Below are positions 16,483-23,915 of a DNA stretch of 37,347 bases, piece by piece. The position numbers and the translations under genes were made by a program. Source of the DNA: a virus (lineage: Duplodnaviria; Caudoviricetes); IMG/VR virus record IMGVR_UViG_3300032237_000071, positions 1-37,347 of that record. One strand, given 5' to 3'. The number at the start of each line of letters is the position of its first letter. The first letter of the stretch is position 1. The notes beneath the pieces were generated by a model, which did not search any database, had not been told where the DNA came from, and saw only the letters and a list, made by a program, of their open reading frames with translations.

Positions 16483-16764
16483 ATGTTGATAGGAGTTGCA
16501 CCTAAACATAGTTTTACCTATGGCGGATCGCATATTAACATTTATCATGCAAACAAAGGCGAGGGGATATCTATGCACAATCATAAATATTCTCACGCTA
16601 CTGCTTGTTTACATGGTTCATGCAAATACACTTCAAATAATAAAGTTTTGATTGCAGACAAAAACACTACACCAGTAAATTTAGGCGCTGGCTCAAACCA
16701 CGAAATTGAAGCATTAGAAGATGGAACTATATTTATGAATGTTTTTGCTGAAGGAAAATATTAA
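16483..16764 (+). CDS. Cupin-fold protein
   Basis: MHNHKYSHATACLHGS ... HEIEALEDGT. Confidence 0.75.
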   Translation: MLIGVAPKHSFTYGGSHINIYHANKGEGISMHNHKYSHATACLHGSCKYTSNNKVLIADKNTTPVNLGAGSNHEIEALEDGTIFMNVFAEGKY

Positions 16765-16774
16765 AGTGACAGAT

Positions 16775-16972
16775 ATGAACGAAAGAATAGCTGTGTTAGA
16801 AGCTGAAGTAGAAAAGTTACAAGCCAGCCAGAAAGAGATACTAGACTGTATTCATGCTGTGCGTGATGAGATGATGCGTTATAAAGGTTTCTTAGGTGGA
16901 GTAGCTTTCTTAGCTTCTGGTATTGGTATATTCTTAACAGTCTTCAAAGACTGGATTTTAAAACATTTCTAA
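16775..16972 (+). CDS. Coiled-coil protein with C-terminal TM helix (XhlA/holin-like architecture)
   Basis: MNERIAVLEAEVEKL...GFLGGVAFLASGIGIFLTVF. Confidence 0.55.
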   Translation: MNERIAVLEAEVEKLQASQKEILDCIHAVRDEMMRYKGFLGGVAFLASGIGIFLTVFKDWILKHF

Positions 16973-16979
16973 GGCTACT

Positions 16980-17339
16980 ATGTTTGGTAAATTAATTGCA
17001 TTACTACTTCTCTCAAGAGATACTGCTCACAGACAACACTGGGCTACTCTAAGTTTCTCACAGCATAAGACACTCAATGAGTTTTATGACAGTATCCTTG
17101 AACTCACAGATAGTTTGATGGAGAAATATCAGGGACGAAATGGTCGTGTAGAAGTTCCTACCTTGGAAGAGAAAGATACTTATTCTAAAGATCCTTCTGT
17201 AGTTCTTAAGAAGCATTTAGATTGGATTGAGAAAACTAGGTATGAAGTAGTCCCTGAAACTGATACAGCCCTACAAAACATCATTGATGAGATCGTAGGA
17301 CAATATCTTGAAACCCTGTATTTACTAACACTGGAGTAA
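16980..17339 (+). CDS. Ferritin/Dps-like four-helix protein (DUF5856-like)
   Basis: AHRQHWAT.SFSQHKTLNEFYD...DSLMEKYQG...LQNIIDEI...TLYLLTL. Confidence 0.65.
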   Translation: MFGKLIALLLLSRDTAHRQHWATLSFSQHKTLNEFYDSILELTDSLMEKYQGRNGRVEVPTLEEKDTYSKDPSVVLKKHLDWIEKTRYEVVPETDTALQNIIDEIVGQYLETLYLLTLE

Positions 17340-17348
17340 TAAAACATT

Positions 17349-17666
17349 ATGAGTACATTTCAATTAGATCCTAACGGAGTAGCTAATGGAGTTCCTGCTT
17401 TAGGAACAACACAAGTATTTACTGTTACAACTTCTAGCGTAGCTTCAACAGCTTTTGGTGCAAATACCACCATGATTCGTATTGCTGGTTCTTTAGGACA
17501 CTGTCATTTTGCAATTGGAACAGCTCCTACTGCATCTATCACAACTAGTCCTATGTGTCCTGCTAATACAGTTACTTTTGTTAAAGTAAATCCAGGAGAT
17601 AAAATTGCTGTTATTAAAGACGCAACTGTAGCAACTTCTACATTCTCTGTAACTGAACTTATCTAA
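17349..17666 (+). CDS. Hypothetical beta-rich virion protein
   Basis: Thr/Ala-rich; KVNPGDKIAVI; GGAG RBS. Confidence 0.65.
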   Translation: MSTFQLDPNGVANGVPALGTTQVFTVTTSSVASTAFGANTTMIRIAGSLGHCHFAIGTAPTASITTSPMCPANTVTFVKVNPGDKIAVIKDATVATSTFSVTELI

Positions 17667-17675
17667 GGAATAATT

Positions 17676-17843
17676 ATGAAAGAAACTAAGAAACAATCCG
17701 CTAAGATTGGTAAAGTAATGCACGAGTACAAAGCTGGTACTTTGAATACTGGTTCTAAGACTGGTCCTATTGTTAAGTCTCGTAAGCAAGCAGTAGCTAT
17801 TGCTATGTCCCAGGCTGGCATGACCAAGAAGAAAAAGAAATGA
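17676..17843 (+). CDS. Small basic protein (55 aa, DUF6496-like)
   Basis: KIGKVMHEYKAGTL.TG...VKSRKQAVAIAMSQAG; not in the ORF track. Confidence 0.7.
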   Translation: MKETKKQSAKIGKVMHEYKAGTLNTGSKTGPIVKSRKQAVAIAMSQAGMTKKKKK

Positions 17844-17986
17844 AGCCAGGACTTTATTCTAATATCGCTGCAAAGCGTAAAAGGATAGCTGAAGGCTCAG
17901 GAGAGAAGATGCGTAAACCTGGTACTAAAGGTGCTCCAACTGCTAAAGATTTTAAAGAATCTGCTAAGACTGCAAAGAAGAAATAA
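17840..17986 (+). CDS. Small basic protein (48 aa)
   Basis: MKPGLYSNIAAKRKRIAEGSGEKMRKPGTKGAPTAKDFKESAKTAKKK; coupled on both sides. Confidence 0.7.
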   Translation: MKPGLYSNIAAKRKRIAEGSGEKMRKPGTKGAPTAKDFKESAKTAKKK

Positions 17987-18234
17987 TGGTTAAGAAAGTA
18001 TATCAAAATCCTGAAGGTGGATTAAATCAGAAGGGTAGAGACTACTACAATAAGACTACTGGATCTAAGTTAAAGCCACCAGTATCTGCTAAGGAAGCTG
18101 CTGCATCTCCAAAGGCTGCAGGTAGACGTAAGAGCTTCTGTGCTCGTATGGAAGGTGTTAAAGGTCCTATGAAGGACGAAAAGGGCAGACCGACAAGGAA
18201 AGCTTTAGCATTAAAGAAGTGGGATTGTAAATAA
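17986..18234 (+). CDS. Small basic protein (DUF6321-like)
   Basis: NPEGGLNQKGR...RRKSFCARM...ALKKWDC. Confidence 0.7.
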   Translation: MVKKVYQNPEGGLNQKGRDYYNKTTGSKLKPPVSAKEAAASPKAAGRRKSFCARMEGVKGPMKDEKGRPTRKALALKKWDCK

Positions 18235-18237
18235 TCC

Positions 18238-18266
18238 TTGACTTTTATTTAAAAATATGATATAAT
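18238..18266 (+). promoter_or_regulatory. sigma70 promoter for tail/ejection/lysis genes
   Basis: TTGACT, 17 bp spacer, TGaTATAAT. Confidence 0.8.
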
Positions 18267-18277
18267 ATTAGGAACTT

Positions 18278-18934
18278 ATGGCATCCCCTACCTATCTAGA
18301 ACTAGTAAATGATGTACTGATTAGGCTTCGTGAGAACGAAGTTACTTCAGTATCTGATACTGCCTACTCAAAGCTCATTGGTAAGTATGTTAATGATGCC
18401 AAAAGACAGGTTGAAGACTCTTATAACTGGAACGCTCTTTCAAACACTCTATCAGCAACAACAACTGCTGAAATTTTTAACTATGTATTAGTTGGATCTG
18501 GACAACGCTTTCGTGTTATAGATGTTATTAATGATACTTCTGCTGATTATGTAAAAGTCAGGTCTACTTTAGACATGGACAATTTATATTTACTTTCTCC
18601 TGCTGATAGAGGTGCTCCAAGATATTATAACTTTAACGGTACTAATTCTAATGGAGATACTCAGGTAGATGTATATCCTATTCCTGATGGTGTGTATAAT
18701 CTAAGATTTAACATCATTAAACCACAACTACCTTTGTCTTCTAACTCTACTCAATTACTAGTTCCTTCTGAGCCAGTCATCTTTGGTGCTGTAGCTCGTG
18801 CTGTTGCTGAACGTGGAGAAGACGGTGGTATTGGTTCTAGTGAAATGTACGCTATGTATACTCAATCTTTAGGTGATGCTATTGCTCTTGAGAGTGGTCG
18901 TTATCTTGAAGAAGATTCTTGGATTGCACCTTAA
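18278..18934 (+). CDS. Head-tail adaptor / tail tubular protein A-like
   Basis: TYLELVNDVLIRLRE, VNDAKRQVE..YNW, VYPIPD; size and position. Confidence 0.7.
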   Translation: MASPTYLELVNDVLIRLRENEVTSVSDTAYSKLIGKYVNDAKRQVEDSYNWNALSNTLSATTTAEIFNYVLVGSGQRFRVIDVINDTSADYVKVRSTLDMDNLYLLSPADRGAPRYYNFNGTNSNGDTQVDVYPIPDGVYNLRFNIIKPQLPLSSNSTQLLVPSEPVIFGAVARAVAERGEDGGIGSSEMYAMYTQSLGDAIALESGRYLEEDSWIAP

Positions 18935-20544
18935 TGGCTGAAGCTCTAGTAACAGGATCGATTCAAGCACCAGGGTTTTCTGGATTAAACACTCAGGATG
19001 CCTCAGTACAACTAACTAGTGGATATGCATTAGAAGCGTTTAACTGTGTCATTGATAAGTATGGTCGTATCGGTGCTCGTAAAGGTTGGACTAAAGTAAA
19101 CACAACAGCAATTTCTTCTACACCTGCGGTAAGAACAGTATTTGAGTTTGTTAAGTCTGACGGTAATGTAATATTCACTTGTGCGGGCAATAAAGTATAT
19201 ACAGGTACTACTACATTAACTGCGGTTATTAATGGTACAGTGGTCGATGCTGCTGGTACAGGAACAACAGCAATTACTATTACTGATGATAACTGGCAGA
19301 TTGCTAGTATGCCTTATAACAACAGTGGAAATACTTCTGCTCATGCAATATTTGCACAAGCTGGTCATCCGCTATTAGTTTATCATAAGCTTGGTAATTC
19401 GTCACACAATCATACTGGATCGTATGGTTTTCAAAGACTAGGTGATGTTGGTACTTTACCTACTGGATTCTCAGTGACAGATTTTACACCTAACTGTGCA
19501 TTAACAGCTTATGGTCGTTTATGGGTTGCTAATATCTCAGGTAACAATCAAACTGTTTATTTTAGTGATTTACAAAATCCAGCTAACTTTACTACAGGTA
19601 CTTCAGGTTACTTAGATATTAGTACTGTTATTCCTACTGGAGATGGTATTGTAGCACTAGCAGCACATAATGGTTTCTTGATTATCTTCTGTAGTCGCAG
19701 CATTCTTATCTATTCAAACCCTAAAGATCCTTCAACAATGGCATTGCAAGATGTTATTAAAGGTGTTGGCTGTATTGCTCGTGACTCTGTTGTATCTGTA
19801 TTTGGTTCAGATATCATGTTCTTATCTGAGACTGGTGTACAGTCTCTTGGTCGTTTGATTCAAGAGAAGTCAATGCCACTGCGTGATGTGTCTAAGAATG
19901 TACGTGATGATCTTATTTCTAACGTAGCCACAGAAACTTTAAAGAATATTAAAGCAGTATACTTTGCAACAGACGCTTTTTATTTATTATCTTTACCTTC
20001 TACTGGGTTTACATATTGCTTTGATACTCGTGGTATGCTAGAAAATGGTGCAGCAAGAACAACAATATGGAAGAGCATTAATCCTACTGCGTTTCATGTA
20101 ACAGAAGATAGAAAAATGTATGTTGGTCAGCCTGGCTACATTGGTAACTATACAGGCTATCAAGACAATGCAACTAGTTATCGTTGGTCTTACTATACCA
20201 ACTACTTTGATTTTGAACAACCAACAGCAATTAAGATTCTTAAGAAATTAGGAATGGTTGTTATTGGCGGAGGAAGTCAAGTTGTTGCTATTAAATGGGG
20301 TTTTGATTACACTAATAACTACAACAGTAGTACACTTACTTTAAAGCCTGTGACTGTTGCAGAATACGGCATTGCAGAATATGGTATTGCAGAATATGCT
20401 AATGGTATTGCTCTCGATACATTAAAGTTTAATGCTTTAGGATCAGGACGAGTATTACAGATTGGATTTGAATCAGACATTAACGGATCTCCTCTGTCTG
20501 TTCAAAAAGTAGACGTAGCAATTAAAACAGGTAAAAATATTTAA
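18934..20544 (+). CDS. Tail nozzle / tubular protein B (P22 gp10-like)
   Basis: GFSGLN, GRLW, VYFSD, GVGCIARDSV, FLSETG propeller-type motifs; TAATG start at 18934. Confidence 0.75.
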   Translation: MAEALVTGSIQAPGFSGLNTQDASVQLTSGYALEAFNCVIDKYGRIGARKGWTKVNTTAISSTPAVRTVFEFVKSDGNVIFTCAGNKVYTGTTTLTAVINGTVVDAAGTGTTAITITDDNWQIASMPYNNSGNTSAHAIFAQAGHPLLVYHKLGNSSHNHTGSYGFQRLGDVGTLPTGFSVTDFTPNCALTAYGRLWVANISGNNQTVYFSDLQNPANFTTGTSGYLDISTVIPTGDGIVALAAHNGFLIIFCSRSILIYSNPKDPSTMALQDVIKGVGCIARDSVVSVFGSDIMFLSETGVQSLGRLIQEKSMPLRDVSKNVRDDLISNVATETLKNIKAVYFATDAFYLLSLPSTGFTYCFDTRGMLENGAARTTIWKSINPTAFHVTEDRKMYVGQPGYIGNYTGYQDNATSYRWSYYTNYFDFEQPTAIKILKKLGMVVIGGGSQVVAIKWGFDYTNNYNSSTLTLKPVTVAEYGIAEYGIAEYANGIALDTLKFNALGSGRVLQIGFESDINGSPLSVQKVDVAIKTGKNI

Positions 20545-20553
20545 GGATTACAT

Positions 20554-21342
20554 ATGTCAGATTATTCAAAGTCAACTAATTTTACCTCTAAGGATACTCT
20601 TCCTACTGGTAACGCAGGAAAGATTGTTAAAGGTACTGAGTTAGATACTGAGTTCACAGCTATTTCTTCTGCTATTGCATCTAAGGCAGACATATCTAGT
20701 CCTGCTTTATTAGGTACACCTACTTCTCCTACAGCAACTTCAGGTACTAACACAACACAGATTGCTAGTACTGCATTTGTTAAAGCAGCTATCGACACAC
20801 TGGCTTTAGGTAACATGTCTACACAAGCAAAGACTGCAGTAGATATTACTGGCGGTACTATTGTTGGAATCACTGACTTAATTGTAGCTGATGGAGGCAC
20901 TGGTGCTTCTTCTATTACTGCTAATAGTGTTATTCTTGGTAATGGTACTTCTGCTTTATCAGGTAACTTAGTAGCACCTGGTACATCAGGTAATGTACTT
21001 AAATCTAACGGTACTACATGGACTTCTGCTGCTGCTGCTGTAACTTCTGGTTTAGGACATAATGGAGAAACATGGCACGACGTATCTGGAAGTCGTTCTA
21101 AAAATACAACTTACACTAATAGTTATTCATATCCTATTATGGTTGAAGCTTGCTTTAGTAACTCTAATTCTTATGCTGTTAATAATGATTTAGTTGTTGG
21201 AGGAGTTACTGTATCAAGATTTAGATGCGATACAACTAATGGTCAAACAGCAGGAACTGTCAGTGGAGTTGTTCCTCCTGGTGTAACTTATTCAATAACT
21301 TCCCCAGCTATAACTACTTATGTTTGGGCTGAATTATATTAA
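20554..21342 (+). CDS. Short tail fibre / needle protein
   Basis: SPALLGTPTSPT..SGTNTTQIASTAFV fibre motif; GGTG module; C-terminal TTYTNSYSYPIMV tip. Confidence 0.75.
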   Translation: MSDYSKSTNFTSKDTLPTGNAGKIVKGTELDTEFTAISSAIASKADISSPALLGTPTSPTATSGTNTTQIASTAFVKAAIDTLALGNMSTQAKTAVDITGGTIVGITDLIVADGGTGASSITANSVILGNGTSALSGNLVAPGTSGNVLKSNGTTWTSAAAAVTSGLGHNGETWHDVSGSRSKNTTYTNSYSYPIMVEACFSNSNSYAVNNDLVVGGVTVSRFRCDTTNGQTAGTVSGVVPPGVTYSITSPAITTYVWAELY

Positions 21343-21351
21343 GGATTTATT

Positions 21352-21639
21352 ATGAAATTATTTAAAGATACAAATAATGAAATTTTTGCTTACGCTTCTG
21401 ACGGATCACAAGATCATTTAATTGGTAATAAAGTTGCGGTTACACAAGAAGAAGCTAATCAATTAATTGCATCTAAACAACAAGCTGAATTTAATTCTTT
21501 AACTTATGTTGAAAAACGAATCATGTCTTATCCTCCTATTAGCAATTATATTGACGGTGTAGTTAAAGGAGATCAAGAACAGATTGATAAATATATTGCT
21601 GACTGCTTAGCTGTAAAAGCTCAATATCCAAAAGATTAA
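21352..21639 (+). CDS. Putative tail fibre assembly protein
   Basis: Follows the fibre gene; KRIMSYPPI...AVKAQYPK. Confidence 0.6.
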   Translation: MKLFKDTNNEIFAYASDGSQDHLIGNKVAVTQEEANQLIASKQQAEFNSLTYVEKRIMSYPPISNYIDGVVKGDQEQIDKYIADCLAVKAQYPKD

Positions 21640-21926
21640 TGGTTAAAGTACCAGTAGTTAATAGAGTTGACTACACAATGTACTTAGAACCCTATGCAGA
21701 TATGCTGTGGTTTCATACAGATGTACATAAGTGGACACCAGAAGTAAAGAAAGAATATTTAAAAGATTTAGAAATGCTGCAGTATTTAGTATCAGTTCCT
21801 TTAGTAGCTTTAGTAAACATAGATAATGTAAAGTTAGCTAAGTTTCTTAACTCTATTAAATGGAATAAATTTAATAAGGTTACTTTTAATAATATAGAAT
21901 ACGATGTATTCACTAGGAGCAAATAA
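21639..21926 (+). CDS. Hypothetical protein, possibly GNAT-like
   Basis: Position just before the ejection proteins, as in podoviruses. Confidence 0.5.
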   Translation: MVKVPVVNRVDYTMYLEPYADMLWFHTDVHKWTPEVKKEYLKDLEMLQYLVSVPLVALVNIDNVKLAKFLNSIKWNKFNKVTFNNIEYDVFTRSK

Positions 21927-22879
21927 TGGGCGGTTTAGTAAGTAGTATAGCTAACGTATTTACAGGAGCAGACAGCACTAGAGATGCAGGTGCAGCAGCA
22001 GCAGCTCAACAAGCTCAAGCAGCAAGAGACGCAGCAGCAGCAGCTCAGTTTAGACCTGTAGGAATGACCACTAGGTTTGGAACATCTCAGTTTACTCGTG
22101 AGGTTGATCCAGCTACTGGAATGCCTTACATTTCTTCCGCAGGATATACTGCTGCTCCTGAATTAGCTTCTCTTCAGAATCAATTGTTTGGTCAGTTTGG
22201 TGGAGGAGGTCAATATGCTATAGATCAAGCAAGACAACTTCAAGCTCTGTCTCCTGCTGCTCAGCAATTATTTGGTCTTGGTCAAGGATATTTAGCTACA
22301 TCTCCTGAAGAAACTCGTGCTGAATACATGAGAACACAACAAGCTGCTTTAGCTCCAAGTCGTGAGCAACAACTAGCTAATGTGCGTAATCAATTATTTC
22401 AAACAGGTCGTACTGGTTTTGCTACTGGTGGAACTACTGCTGGTGCAATGGGTGCTTCTAATCCTGAACTACAAGCCTATTACAATGCTATTGCTCAGCA
22501 AGACTTAGGATTAGCTGCACAAGCTGAACAAGCTGCTCAACAACGTCAATCATTTGGTGCTGGTTTATTTGGTACTGGTGCTCAGTTACTTGGTACTCAA
22601 GCTTCTACAATGGCTGGTGCATACAATCCATTACAAACATTGTTAGGTACTTCAGGACAAGTAGAACAACTATCTCAGATGCCATATCAACTAGGTATTC
22701 AATTAGGTCAAGCACAACAACCAGGTCAAACTGCTGGTGCTGGTATGTATCAACAAGGTATGTCACAAGCTGCTCAGACTCAGTACGGAGCTACTCAGGC
22801 TGCTAACGCTGCCAATGCTGGATTCTGGAGTGGTCTAATGAGTGGTGGTGCTAGTGCATACGCTTCGTACAAACGATAA
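21926..22879 (+). CDS. DNA ejection / pilot protein
   Basis: Gly/Ala/Gln-rich with amphipathic termini. Confidence 0.65.
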   Translation: MGGLVSSIANVFTGADSTRDAGAAAAAQQAQAARDAAAAAQFRPVGMTTRFGTSQFTREVDPATGMPYISSAGYTAAPELASLQNQLFGQFGGGGQYAIDQARQLQALSPAAQQLFGLGQGYLATSPEETRAEYMRTQQAALAPSREQQLANVRNQLFQTGRTGFATGGTTAGAMGASNPELQAYYNAIAQQDLGLAAQAEQAAQQRQSFGAGLFGTGAQLLGTQASTMAGAYNPLQTLLGTSGQVEQLSQMPYQLGIQLGQAQQPGQTAGAGMYQQGMSQAAQTQYGATQAANAANAGFWSGLMSGGASAYASYKR

Positions 22880-22888
22880 GGAATAATC

Positions 22889-23914
22889 ATGGCTACTACA
22901 ATGCTACAAAAAGGTTTACTTGGCTATGATCCAATGGAACTTAGAGCACAAGAACAAAAGCAATGGGCTACTTTATATGGTCAAGCAGGTTCTCCTTATG
23001 AGAAAATGGGTATTGCTTTAGGTCAACTAGGTGGTGCTCTATTTGGTGGTGAATCTGCGTCTAGTTCTAAAGCTAATGCTATTAATGAAGCTCTAGCTAA
23101 AGCAGGACAACAATATCAACAAGGCACTGCTGAATATTACAAAGCAGTTGCTGATTCTCTTCCTGCAGAATACACAGATAGCAAAGAGTTTGCTACTCAA
23201 AAGTATTTAGAAGTAAAAAAAGCAGAAACCACTGCATACACTGATGCTGTTAAAGCAATCAAAGATAATCCTGAACTTCTTCCTACATTTACAGACCCAT
23301 TAAAGATTTCTTTGTTACAAAAAGCTACTAAGAATGGTTGGAATGAAGCTGATACTCCAATGCCACAGACACAAGATGAGATTAAATCTTTTGCTAAACA
23401 GTTTGGTTTAGATAAAGATCCTATGTATCGTCAATTAATGTCTATGACAATGGTAGCAGAGAAGGAAGCTAAAAAAGAAACACAACAAGAAGAGAGTCGT
23501 CTTCTTACTATGGATTCTATTCGCACTACTATTGCTAAGAATAAGAAAGAAATTGCAAAGATTGATACTGATAAGTTTGAAGCAGGTGCTCGTTGGAATG
23601 AAGAACGTAATTCTGCTATTGCACTCTTTGATGCTAACAAATTAGATCCACGTGTACCTCTTAAAGGCATTAACTTAGCTAATACTGAGTTAGTTAATGC
23701 TCAGCGTATTGCTCTTCGTGATCCTTGGACTGGTAAGTCTGGTGCAACTATTAAACAACCTGGAGAAACTACAGCTAGTAAAACTGTTCAACCTACGACT
23801 ACTCCTATTCCTCTACCTGCTTTACAATCACAAGCAGTTATAGGTCAAGTATATCAGACTCAAAAAGGACCGATGCAGTGGGATGGTAGTAAGTTCAATC
23901 CAGTAGCTAAATAA
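22889..23914 (+). CDS. Internal virion / ejection protein
   Basis: GIALGQLGGALFGG segment; helical; position. Confidence 0.6.
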   Translation: MATTMLQKGLLGYDPMELRAQEQKQWATLYGQAGSPYEKMGIALGQLGGALFGGESASSSKANAINEALAKAGQQYQQGTAEYYKAVADSLPAEYTDSKEFATQKYLEVKKAETTAYTDAVKAIKDNPELLPTFTDPLKISLLQKATKNGWNEADTPMPQTQDEIKSFAKQFGLDKDPMYRQLMSMTMVAEKEAKKETQQEESRLLTMDSIRTTIAKNKKEIAKIDTDKFEAGARWNEERNSAIALFDANKLDPRVPLKGINLANTELVNAQRIALRDPWTGKSGATIKQPGETTASKTVQPTTTPIPLPALQSQAVIGQVYQTQKGPMQWDGSKFNPVAK

Positions 23915-23915
23915 C

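Noticed and set aside
14347-21030. Diversity-generating retroelement or invertible fibre switch
   Set aside because: No reverse transcriptase or invertase; the shared module is in direct orientation and differs at synonymous sites rather than specifically at adenines
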